Origin: an uncultured Bacilli bacterium
GTDB taxonomy: Bacteria > Bacillota_I > Bacilli_A > RF39 > UBA660
Assembly: GCA_944351765.1 (NCBI GenBank)
Contig: CALVPR010000003.1
Span: 1-57,366 of the forward strand
Reading direction: 5' to 3'
DNA: 57,366 nucleotides
The position numbers and the translations under genes are program-made. Shown piece by piece: positions 39,195 to 47,715 of this stretch (its first letter is position 1; each line of letters starts with the position of its first letter). The notes under the pieces were generated by a model. The model did not search any database. It saw only the letters and a list, made by a program, of their open reading frames with translations, and was not told the origin of the DNA.

Positions 39195-40430
39195 ATGGTT
39201 TTATTTGAAGAAGTGTTATTAAATATTATGTTGGTTTCGTTTCCTATACTTATTTATTTTGTTTATGGATGTTATACGGAAATATTAAATAAAAAATATA
39301 ATATATTTGTCTTGGGGTTTGCATTGTTTTCTTCTTTATATTTATGTTTAAAATATGGAACTACATCATCTAATAATATAATGTTATTATTTTGTAATGT
39401 TCCAATTGTTATAGCATATACCAAGAAGAAAGAAATTATAGGAGTAATTTTATCAATATTATCAATATTATATTGTTATTATATTTTTGATTATGAAATT
39501 ATTCTTATGTTAATAAAATATATTTTATATTTTATACTTTATTGTTTAACAAAGAATAAAATTAATTCTATTGAGTTTGTATCAGTAATTTGTGTAATTC
39601 AAGGATTCTTTTTGTCTTTTGAATATTTTTTTGCAAATGAAAGTAGTAATATCTTTATGATTCTTAATATGTTGTTTACAGTATTGGTAATATATTCTAC
39701 AACAATATTTATAATGTTTTTATTACAATTAGGGGATAAAATAACTACATTATATAGTAATTTAAAATTATTAGAAAAAGATAAACAAATAAAAGAATCT
39801 TTATTTAAAATAACACATGAAATAAAAAATCCAATTGCTGTTTGTAAAGGTTATTTAGACATGTTAGATATTAATAATAAAGAAAAGGTAGTAAGATATG
39901 TTCCTATTATAAGAGAAGAAATTGATAGATGTTTAAATATTATGACAGATTTTATGCAATTTAGTAAAATTAAATTAGATAAGGAGTTAGTTGATATAAA
40001 TTTATTGTTAGATGATGTTTATGATAGTTTTAAGATATTAAATAAGTTAAAAAATATAGAATTAAACTATGTTGAAAATGATGATGAAGTTTATATTAAT
40101 GGTGATTATAATAGATTGAAACAAGTGTTAATAAATTTACTTAAAAATAGTGCAGAAGCAATTGAAAATAAGGGAATTATTTCTATTAATAGTGAATCTG
40201 ATAATAAATGTTTTGTAATTACGATTAAAGATAATGGTAAAGGAATGACAAAAGAAACTTTAGAAAAAATAAAAGAAATTTTTTACACTACTAAAGAAAA
40301 GGGAAGTGGAATAGGTGTTTCTTTATCTAATGAAATTATTAAAGCTCATGGTGGAAAATTAGAATATTCTTCATCAGTAGGTGTGGGAACTGAAGTAAAA
40401 ATTATTTTACCAATTATTAATAACATTTAG
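39195..40430 (+). CDS. orphan membrane histidine kinase, sporulation Kin-like
   Basis: About 6 TMs; THEIKNPIAVCKGYL H-box; QVLINLLKNSAEA, DNGKGM and GSGIG; no adjacent response regulator. Confidence 0.85.
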   Translation: MVLFEEVLLNIMLVSFPILIYFVYGCYTEILNKKYNIFVLGFALFSSLYLCLKYGTTSSNNIMLLFCNVPIVIAYTKKKEIIGVILSILSILYCYYIFDYEIILMLIKYILYFILYCLTKNKINSIEFVSVICVIQGFFLSFEYFFANESSNIFMILNMLFTVLVIYSTTIFIMFLLQLGDKITTLYSNLKLLEKDKQIKESLFKITHEIKNPIAVCKGYLDMLDINNKEKVVRYVPIIREEIDRCLNIMTDFMQFSKIKLDKELVDINLLLDDVYDSFKILNKLKNIELNYVENDDEVYINGDYNRLKQVLINLLKNSAEAIENKGIISINSESDNKCFVITIKDNGKGMTKETLEKIKEIFYTTKEKGSGIGVSLSNEIIKAHGGKLEYSSSVGVGTEVKIILPIINNI

Positions 40431-40469
40431 TATTAATTGAATTTGTGGTATAATTTATTTGGTGGTTTA

Positions 40470-40733
40470 ATGATAGATGATATATTTTTAAAAAATTTAC
40501 CTACAATTGATTTGCATGGATATGACAGAGATAGTGCAAGGGTTAAAGTAGAAGATTTTATCAAAGAAAATGTAATTATGAGAAACAATAAAATTGTTAT
40601 TATACATGGAATAGGAGAAGGAATAGTAAAAAAAAGTGTTCATGAAGTTTTAAAAAAAAGTCATTGGGTAGAAAAATTTGAAATAGATATTTATAATGAA
40701 GGATGTACTGTTGTTTGGATAAAATTTGACTAA
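40470..40733 (+). CDS. stand-alone Smr-domain protein
   Basis: IDLHG, IIHGIGEG and NEGCTVV. Confidence 0.9.
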   Translation: MIDDIFLKNLPTIDLHGYDRDSARVKVEDFIKENVIMRNNKIVIIHGIGEGIVKKSVHEVLKKSHWVEKFEIDIYNEGCTVVWIKFD

Positions 40734-40754
40734 ATTTTTAATATGTGTTATAAT
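40726..40754 (+). promoter_or_regulatory. strong sigA promoter of the two-gene cassette
   Basis: TTGACT-17-TATAAT with TGTG extension. Confidence 0.75.
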
Positions 40755-40781
40755 TAATTTGTTTTAAGGGGGGATGATAAA

Positions 40782-41066
40782 ATGTCAAAAACATATAAAG
40801 GAATGTTTGTTAGCAGTACAGTTAGTTCAATTAAGAAGGAAAAGATGTTAGAAAGTAAATCTAAAAAAGCAAGAGCAACAAACAAAGAAAAGTCAGAAAA
40901 AGATATTATGATGGCTAAAGGATTAGAGTTTGTAGAAAATGGAATACCATTTGATATGGCTCCTGAAGAATTACAAAAACATTATTTCTTTAAAATTGGA
41001 TATGAAATCGGAATTAGAAGACAAAAAATAAACAATAATCAAACTGATAGTAAGGTGAGAAGGTAA
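40782..41066 (+). CDS. small basic hypothetical protein with one RMF-like module
   Basis: GGGGG RBS; KG-x6-G-x5-AP-x8-F-x2-GY. Confidence 0.7.
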   Translation: MSKTYKGMFVSSTVSSIKKEKMLESKSKKARATNKEKSEKDIMMAKGLEFVENGIPFDMAPEELQKHYFFKIGYEIGIRRQKINNNQTDSKVRR

Positions 41067-41500
41067 TGTCAAATTATTTAAGAACTAAATACGTATTAAG
41101 CGAATATTCTAGATTTGGAGCTAAACAGTATGTAGCTAGTCAAATTGAACTTGATAAAAAGTTTGAAAAGCATTTAGAAACTTTGGATAGAGAAAAAAGA
41201 AAAGAAATAAGTAAAAATTTGAAAGTAGAAACAATAGAAGCAGGAATTAGATATGCTTATTCTGATTTTGAAGGAATAGGAATTGACCATTTGGAAATGG
41301 ATAAAAAAATAAAATATTTCTTCAATGTTGGGTATCAAATTGGAAATAGAAGAATTTATATAAAGGGGTTATCTTTAGGAGAAAGTGGATTGACTTTACA
41401 TGAATCAACATTTGGGTTTGAAAGTCATCATGCTTTTAAAAAAGGGTATAACTCTGCTAGAGAAAAATTAATAAAAGTTCAAAAAAAAGTCATAAAGTAA
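41066..41500 (+). CDS. hypothetical protein with two modules paralogous to the upstream gene
   Basis: TAATG stop/start coupling; YFFNVGYQIGNRR versus YFFKIGYEIGIRR upstream. Confidence 0.7.
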   Translation: MSNYLRTKYVLSEYSRFGAKQYVASQIELDKKFEKHLETLDREKRKEISKNLKVETIEAGIRYAYSDFEGIGIDHLEMDKKIKYFFNVGYQIGNRRIYIKGLSLGESGLTLHESTFGFESHHAFKKGYNSAREKLIKVQKKVIK

Positions 41501-41513
41501 AATGACTTTTTTT
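41481..41513 (+). terminator. terminator-like inverted repeat overlapping the rbfA -35
   Basis: AAAAAAAGTCAT-N8-ATGACTTTTTTT. Confidence 0.6.
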
Positions 41514-41554
41514 AAATAATATAGTATAATATTGAATTGAAAGGATTTGACAAT

Positions 41555-41896
41555 ATGAGTATTAAATTAGAAAGATTAGGAAATATCTTTACGGAGGAAA
41601 TAAGTAAAATAATTCAAACAGAACTAAGGGATGAGTCTATTGAATTTGTAACTATTACATACACTAAAATATCTAGTGATTTATCTTATGCCAAAGTTTA
41701 TTTTACTGTCCTTGATATAGAAAAAAAGAAAGAAATGGAATTAAAATTAAATAATGCTAGTAAGTTTATTAGAAGCAAATTGTTTGATCGTGTAGAAATT
41801 AGAAAAATGCCAGAACTTACATTTGTTTATGATGAATCAGTAGAATATGGAAATAAAATAGAGCATATTATAGAAGAAATAAAGAAAGAGGATTAA
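41555..41896 (+). CDS. rbfA: ribosome-binding factor A
   Basis: DLSYAKVY and RKMPELTFVYDES. Confidence 0.95.
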   Translation: MSIKLERLGNIFTEEISKIIQTELRDESIEFVTITYTKISSDLSYAKVYFTVLDIEKKKEMELKLNNASKFIRSKLFDRVEIRKMPELTFVYDESVEYGNKIEHIIEEIKKED

Positions 41897-41897
41897 A

Positions 41898-42842
41898 ATG
41901 CAATATAAAAAAGTAATTGATATTATAAACAATTCTACTAATATAGCTATTGTTACCCATGAGTCTCCTGATGGAGATGCAATCGGTAGTAGTACTGCTG
42001 TGTATTTGGCTTTAAAAAAATTAAATAAGAAAGCAGATTTAATTATTAAAGAATATTCTAGTGTTTTTAATGTTGTTGATATATTAAATGAAAGTATTAG
42101 AGAACCTAGAAATATAAATTATGATTTAGTATTTGTAGTAGACAGCGCTAATGCTGAAAGATTAAACGAGATAAATATTTTAAAAAATGCCAATGAAATT
42201 ATAAATATTGATCATCATATAAGTAATAATTTATTTGGTACATACAATATAGTTGATGGAAAATCACCAGCATGTTGTCAAGTATTAATTAAAGTATTTA
42301 ATAGTTTAGGAATAGATATTGATAAAGAAATTGCTACTTCATTATTAGTAGGAATTATTACTGATACCAATGGTTTTAGAAATCAATCTACTAATAAAGA
42401 AACTTTTATTGATGTAGCAAATATGTTGGATTTGGGTGTTAATTTAAGTGAAATATATATGAAAGTTTTGTCTACCAATACTTTAGCACAGTTTGAATTA
42501 AAGAAAATAGCTAATAATAGATTAGAATTTTTTGAAAATGGGAAAATTGCTTTCACATATATAACAGAAGAAGATAAAAAAAATGTAAATGCCCAAATAG
42601 GAGATCATGAAGGAATAGTAGATATAGGGAGATCTATTGAAGGAGTAGAAGTATCAATATTTTTACATGAAAAAGATGGTATTTATAAAGTATCATTAAG
42701 ATCTAATTCTTATGTAAATGTATCAGAAATAGGAATTATTTTTAACGGTGGTGGCCATTTTTATGCTTCTGGTTTTGTAAGTGATTTACCTTTAATAGAA
42801 TTAAAAAATAAATTAATTGAAGAAGTGGCAAAAAGGTTGTAA
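41898..42842 (+). CDS. nrnA: DHH/DHHA1 nanoRNase / pAp phosphatase
   Basis: HESPDGDAIGS, IDHH, TDT, SLRS and GGGH. Confidence 0.9.
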   Translation: MQYKKVIDIINNSTNIAIVTHESPDGDAIGSSTAVYLALKKLNKKADLIIKEYSSVFNVVDILNESIREPRNINYDLVFVVDSANAERLNEINILKNANEIINIDHHISNNLFGTYNIVDGKSPACCQVLIKVFNSLGIDIDKEIATSLLVGIITDTNGFRNQSTNKETFIDVANMLDLGVNLSEIYMKVLSTNTLAQFELKKIANNRLEFFENGKIAFTYITEEDKKNVNAQIGDHEGIVDIGRSIEGVEVSIFLHEKDGIYKVSLRSNSYVNVSEIGIIFNGGGHFYASGFVSDLPLIELKNKLIEEVAKRL

Positions 42843-42843
42843 T

Positions 42844-43707
42844 ATGGATGGTATATTGGTAATTAATAAAGAAAAAGGCTGTACTAGTAGAGATGTAGTT
42901 AATAAAGTTAGTAAAACACTTAAAACTAAAAAAGTAGGACATATTGGTACTCTTGATCCTATTGCAACGGGAGTATTAGTATTATGTATAGGAAAAGCAT
43001 TAAAAGTAGTAGAGTTATTAATGGATCATGATAAAGAATATATTGCAAAGTTTAAATTAGGAATAGATACTGATACATTAGATATTACAGGAAAAGTTTT
43101 AAATACATGTGATAAAAAAGTAACTAAAAAAGAAATTTTAGATGCATTAAATAAATTTCAAGGTTTAATAAAACAAGAAGTACCTAAATATTCAGCGATT
43201 AAAGTAAATGGGAAAAAATTATATGAATATGCTAGAAATAATATTGAAGTAAAACTTCCTATTAAAGAAGTAAATATATATAAGTTAGAGTTGTTAAACT
43301 ATAATGAAGAGAAAAAGGAAGTAACCATTTTTTGTAAAGTTAGTAAAGGGACTTATATTAGAAGTCTAATTAGAGATATTGGTAAAAATTTAGGTACTTA
43401 TGCAACAATGACTGAATTAGAAAGAACTAAATTAGGGATATATGATATAAAAAATTCTTATACATTGTTTGATATAGAAAAAGGCAATTATAAATTATTA
43501 GACATTAAAGATATATATCCTGAAAATAAAAAAATAATAATAAATGATGAAATTTTATTAAAAAAAATAAAAAATGGTATGGTATTAGATAAATTTTACG
43601 ATGGAAAAAATAAAATGATATTGGATAAAAATAAAAATCTAATAGCAATATATACTGAATGTAGTGATAAAAATAAAGTAAAGCCATGGAAAATGTTTGT
43701 AAATTAA
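42844..43707 (+). CDS. truB: tRNA pseudouridine-55 synthase
   Basis: KVGHIGTLDP, YSAIKVNGKKLY and SKGTYIRSL. Confidence 0.96.
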   Translation: MDGILVINKEKGCTSRDVVNKVSKTLKTKKVGHIGTLDPIATGVLVLCIGKALKVVELLMDHDKEYIAKFKLGIDTDTLDITGKVLNTCDKKVTKKEILDALNKFQGLIKQEVPKYSAIKVNGKKLYEYARNNIEVKLPIKEVNIYKLELLNYNEEKKEVTIFCKVSKGTYIRSLIRDIGKNLGTYATMTELERTKLGIYDIKNSYTLFDIEKGNYKLLDIKDIYPENKKIIINDEILLKKIKNGMVLDKFYDGKNKMILDKNKNLIAIYTECSDKNKVKPWKMFVN

Positions 43708-43726
43708 TAAAAAAAGTAATATTTTG

Positions 43727-43755
43727 TTGACAAATATATAAAATTTTAGTAAAAT
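43727..43755 (+). promoter_or_regulatory. sigA promoter of rplM-rpsI
   Basis: TTGACA-17-TAAAAT. Confidence 0.8.
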
Positions 43756-43760
43756 CATAA

Positions 43761-43840
43761 TCGGTACATTTTATATCTGAGTGCCAAGATATTGGGACCA
43801 TCTTGGTAGTAGGATAAACTTATAAAAAATAAAGAAAAGG
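43761..43840 (+). ncRNA. putative L13 leader (ribosomal-protein autoregulatory 5' UTR)
   Basis: GC-enriched UTR with hairpin TGCCAAGAT...ATCTTGGTA upstream of rplM. Confidence 0.45.
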
Positions 43841-43848
43841 AGAATATT

Positions 43849-44292
43849 ATGAAAACATTTATGCAATCTAAAGAAACAGTAACTCGTAACTGGTATGTTA
43901 TTGATGCAAAAGATATGCCTCTTGGTAGAGTTGCTTCAAAAGCTGCAGTTATGTTAAGAGGAAAACACAAAGTAACTTATACTCCTCATGTTGACTGTGG
44001 TGATTATGTGATTATTATTAATGCAAAAGAAGTTGCTTTAACAGGTAACAAATTAGATGACAAAATCTATTATGATCATAGTAGATATGTTGGAGGTCTT
44101 AGAGAAAGAACAGCTAAGACTATGAGAGAAAATTATCCAGTTGAAATGGTAGAAAGAGCAGTAAAAGGAATGCTTCCACATAATAGATTAGGAAGACAAA
44201 TGTATAAGAAATTATTTGTATATGAAGGAAGTACTCATCCACATATGGCTCAACAACCAAAAGAAGTTTCTTTAAAAGGAGGTAAGAATTAA
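43849..44292 (+). CDS. rplM: 50S ribosomal protein L13
   Basis: [22 protein letters not shown] and AVKGMLP. Confidence 0.98.
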   Translation: MKTFMQSKETVTRNWYVIDAKDMPLGRVASKAAVMLRGKHKVTYTPHVDCGDYVIIINAKEVALTGNKLDDKIYYDHSRYVGGLRERTAKTMRENYPVEMVERAVKGMLPHNRLGRQMYKKLFVYEGSTHPHMAQQPKEVSLKGGKN

Positions 44293-44294
44293 TT

Positions 44295-44711
44295 ATGGCA
44301 GAAGTAAAAAGATATACAGGAACAGGAAGAAGAAAAAGTGCTGTTGCTAGAGTAATACTTACTCCAGGTAAAGGAAATATTATTGTAAATGGAAGAGATG
44401 TAAATGAATATTTTCCATTTGCAGTATTAGTAATGGATATTAAACAACCACTTGTACTTACAAATAATGAAGAAGCTTTTGACATTACAGTAAATGTCAA
44501 AGGTGGTGGATTTTCAGGTCAAGCAGGTGCAATTAGACATGGAATTACAAGAGCATTATTAGAAGTAGATAAAGCTAACGAAGGAAAAGAAGATTCTTAT
44601 CGTAAAATACTTAAATCTGCTGGATTCATTACAAGAGATCCAAGACAAAAAGAACGTAAGAAATACGGACTTAAAGGTGCAAGAAGAGCTCCACAATTTA
44701 GTAAGAGATAA
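44295..44711 (+). CDS. rpsI: 30S ribosomal protein S9
   Basis: [17 protein letters not shown] and [10 protein letters not shown]. Confidence 0.98.
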   Translation: MAEVKRYTGTGRRKSAVARVILTPGKGNIIVNGRDVNEYFPFAVLVMDIKQPLVLTNNEEAFDITVNVKGGGFSGQAGAIRHGITRALLEVDKANEGKEDSYRKILKSAGFITRDPRQKERKKYGLKGARRAPQFSKR

Positions 44712-44715
44712 TTTA

Positions 44716-44745
44716 AGGAAACTAACTATTTTAGTTTCTTTTTTC
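44716..44745 (+). terminator. intrinsic terminator after rpsI
   Basis: AAGGAAACTAA-CTATT-TTAGTTTCTTT plus T run. Confidence 0.7.
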
Positions 44746-44796
44746 TTGACTATCATTATATTTTGGTGTATTATATTTCCCACAGGAAGTGGTTTT

Positions 44797-45462
44797 ATGG
44801 ATTATTATAAAATAACAAAAATACCTAAAAATAAATATATAATAAGTTATGAAGTAAAAAAAGATATTATTGTTATGAAACTTGCTAATAATGAAAAATA
44901 TGTTGTTAAAAATACTATTGATAATGAAAATAAAATTTTAAAGAGAATGAATAAACAAGCTTCTTTGGTTGTTAATAATAAAAAAAGCAAAAGAGTAATT
45001 GAATATATTCTTATATACGGGTTAGGAATTACTGGTATATGTATATTTGGTTATCAAGCATTTTTTAATATAAACAGTTTAATAAATGGCCTAATATCTT
45101 TACGTAATATTGCATTTACAATCTTTTCAATAATTTCTATGATATATATAACTGTTGTATTAAATTGTATTAACAAAGAAGATAGAGACTTAAAAAAAAT
45201 TAAATTATATTGTGAAGCTAAAGAATTATTAAATAATAATTTAAAGAAAAGTAGTATAAATGTATTTAATAAAGTATCTTTTAGAGCTGTTATGCAAATT
45301 AGTGATAGACACATGGATGAAGAACCATTTACTATTAATTCTATTAATAAAATGTCATTAAGAGATTTACAAACGATAAAAAATAATATTGAAAGAGCTA
45401 AAGAATTTGATTTAGATGAAGATCCAATTATTTATAAAACTAAAACAAAAAGAAAAAATTAA
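44797..45462 (+). CDS. hypothetical two-TM membrane protein
   Basis: Start MDYYK after AGGAAGTGG; own promoter TTGACT-17-TATTAT (44746-44774). Confidence 0.7.
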   Translation: MDYYKITKIPKNKYIISYEVKKDIIVMKLANNEKYVVKNTIDNENKILKRMNKQASLVVNNKKSKRVIEYILIYGLGITGICIFGYQAFFNINSLINGLISLRNIAFTIFSIISMIYITVVLNCINKEDRDLKKIKLYCEAKELLNNNLKKSSINVFNKVSFRAVMQISDRHMDEEPFTINSINKMSLRDLQTIKNNIERAKEFDLDEDPIIYKTKTKRKN

Positions 45463-46547
45463 TTATTATAATTAATTTTTTTCTTTATTATTATAGTTAT
45501 ACAAATTATTATCATTATTACAAATAATATACTTATAATATATGGATATATATTAGTTATATACATATTAAAAGTAGTATTATTTTTAAATATAAATAGG
45601 GAAGTTAAAATAATTAAACTGGTAATAATTAAAGGTGATAATTTACTTTTGTCATTTTTTTTAATAAAATTGCTTATATAATATATAATTAATGTTAAGG
45701 TAGCATAAGTACTAAGTATCCATCCAATTGATAAAATATTTTCGATACGATCGATAAAACCAAATAAATTAACTTTTTTAAGTAATATGTATTCTGGATA
45801 TTGATAAAAACTTGCCAAATATTGGCCTAATACTCCAATAGTAAATATACTAATTAATAATATAAATAAAATTGAAATAATATAGAAAATAATTACAAAT
45901 TTAGTATATTTTTCCTTATCACAAATATTTCCTTTAGGTATTATCAAAATAATAAAGATAGGAATAATATTAGTAAATAAATTTAATATACCAACTTTTA
46001 AAGGTGAATTAATTCCGTATTCTAAAAAAGGTTTTAAATTACTTTTATCGAATTCTGGATATAAAGAAGCAGCAAGTGTAATAAATATAATTGTAATTAT
46101 AAAAGTAAATATAAATTGTGTTCTAGATATTGTTTCTATTCCCTTACTAACAGAATAGACACAAACAATTCCAAACATAATACCAACATACATAATTGGA
46201 GTATTAGCTAAAAATTGTGTTACAATGAAATTACATATTCCAAATAAAATAGTAATACCTATAACAAACAAGATGCTAACAATTATAAAGTTAATGAATG
46301 TTCCAATATATTTTCCATATAATATATTGATTTTTTCAATAATATTTTTGTCTTCCTCAAATTTTGATATATATATAATTAGTAAAAGGGGAATTATTCC
46401 TAAAATGCTACTTATAAAAATACCAATATAACTGTCTACTTTGGCTATTTGGATTGCATTGTATAATCCAATCCCTAAACTAGCAGATAAAATGGGACAA
46501 AGTATTAAAGAACCTAGTTGAAGTGAATTTATTTTATTTTTGTTCAT
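45459..46547 (-). CDS. spore germination receptor B subunit (GerAB/KB)
   Basis: About 10 TMs; TP, GIETISR, YP and FIDRIE motifs. Confidence 0.9.
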   Translation of the reverse strand: MNKNKINSLQLGSLILCPILSASLGIGLYNAIQIAKVDSYIGIFISSILGIIPLLLIIYISKFEEDKNIIEKINILYGKYIGTFINFIIVSILFVIGITILFGICNFIVTQFLANTPIMYVGIMFGIVCVYSVSKGIETISRTQFIFTFIITIIFITLAASLYPEFDKSNLKPFLEYGINSPLKVGILNLFTNIIPIFIILIIPKGNICDKEKYTKFVIIFYIISILFILLISIFTIGVLGQYLASFYQYPEYILLKKVNLFGFIDRIENILSIGWILSTYATLTLIIYYISNFIKKNDKSKLSPLIITSLIILTSLFIFKNNTTFNMYITNIYPYIISILFVIMIIICITIIIKKKINYNN

Positions 46548-47715
46548 AGTTGATACCTCCTAAAGTAGAACCTTTTTCATATAACTTATAATTTGCATTA
46601 ACTTCTATTTCTAAATTAGGAAATACTTCACTATACCAATTATCTTGGTAATTTTCTTTGAAATATTTATAATCTGTTTTATAATATAAATCTCTAAAAT
46701 TAAAAATATCAGTATTATATTTATCTCTAATGTTATAAAAAGTATCTTTAACTATATTTTCAATAGCTTTATCAATATCTTGTTTTACTTGTTTTACAAC
46801 ATTTGTATCTTTTATATCTATATCACACGTTAATTCACTAATGGTAGCATGTCCTTCTAAATTAATTTTTATGATATTTTTTTCTAAATCTGCTTCTAAA
46901 CTAGTATTTGATTTTAATATTTCGGAAACCAAGTATTCATCATTACTACATTTATATTTTACTATTGTACTATTAATATTATCTAAAATAAAATTTACTC
47001 CTTGTGATTCTGTATCATTTAAAAAAGTAATAAATTTATTATCTTTAAAAATACCAATATTAGATAAAATTATTGAAGTATCTGACTGTCCACTAGATGT
47101 ATTATCTTTTTCTTCTCCTTTATTAACATCTCCTTTTATTTCTAATGTTGGTAAAGTAAGTTCTTTATAAGGATTTAAATAACAATCGATTACATAATTT
47201 AAACTTATATCTTGACTAGTTCCTAAATAGCGAACATTAGCTTCTAAACTAGACAAAATTTTAGTAGATGGTAAATTAATTAATGGAGTTATTATTGATA
47301 ATTCATCTTTGGGATCACTATTTTTAGCTATAAATATATTCATTTCACTTCTAGGTTCTGGATCTCTACTAAAGAAATCTAATATTTCATTTAAATGGTT
47401 TTTAGCAACTTTTTCACTAATAATTAATATTTCCATATGTGATCCGTATAATTTAGCAGGTGAATCATTTACAACTTTTCTAAGTGTTTCTTGTACTGTT
47501 TTAGCACTAGAAGTGTACGTTACAAAATCAGGTTCATTCGTACTAGTCGTATCTTGTTCTTTTTTTGGATTAACAACTTGAATAGCAATTTCTAAATTAT
47601 CATCTACTTTATCGATAGAAATAGCAGTAATAATAGCAAGGTCACTTAATTCTCGATAATCATAACAACCTGTTAATAAAAGTATCGGTATAAGTACAAT
47701 AATTATTTTTCGCAT
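46534..47715 (-). CDS. spore germination receptor C subunit lipoprotein (GerAC/KC)
   Basis: LLTGCYDYREL...AISID and TDIF. Confidence 0.92.
   Translation of the reverse strand: MRKIIIVLIPILLLTGCYDYRELSDLAIITAISIDKVDDNLEIAIQVVNPKKEQDTTSTNEPDFVTYTSSAKTVQETLRKVVNDSPAKLYGSHMEILIISEKVAKNHLNEILDFFSRDPEPRSEMNIFIAKNSDPKDELSIITPLINLPSTKILSSLEANVRYLGTSQDISLNYVIDCYLNPYKELTLPTLEIKGDVNKGEEKDNTSSGQSDTSIILSNIGIFKDNKFITFLNDTESQGVNFILDNINSTIVKYKCSNDEYLVSEILKSNTSLEADLEKNIIKINLEGHATISELTCDIDIKDTNVVKQVKQDIDKAIENIVKDTFYNIRDKYNTDIFNFRDLYYKTDYKYFKENYQDNWYSEVFPNLEIEVNANYKLYEKGSTLGGINYEQK

Noticed and set aside
44677-44796. Long N-terminal extension of the membrane protein given in the ORF track
   Set aside because: Overlaps rpsI, its terminator and a promoter; the RBS supports ATG 44797
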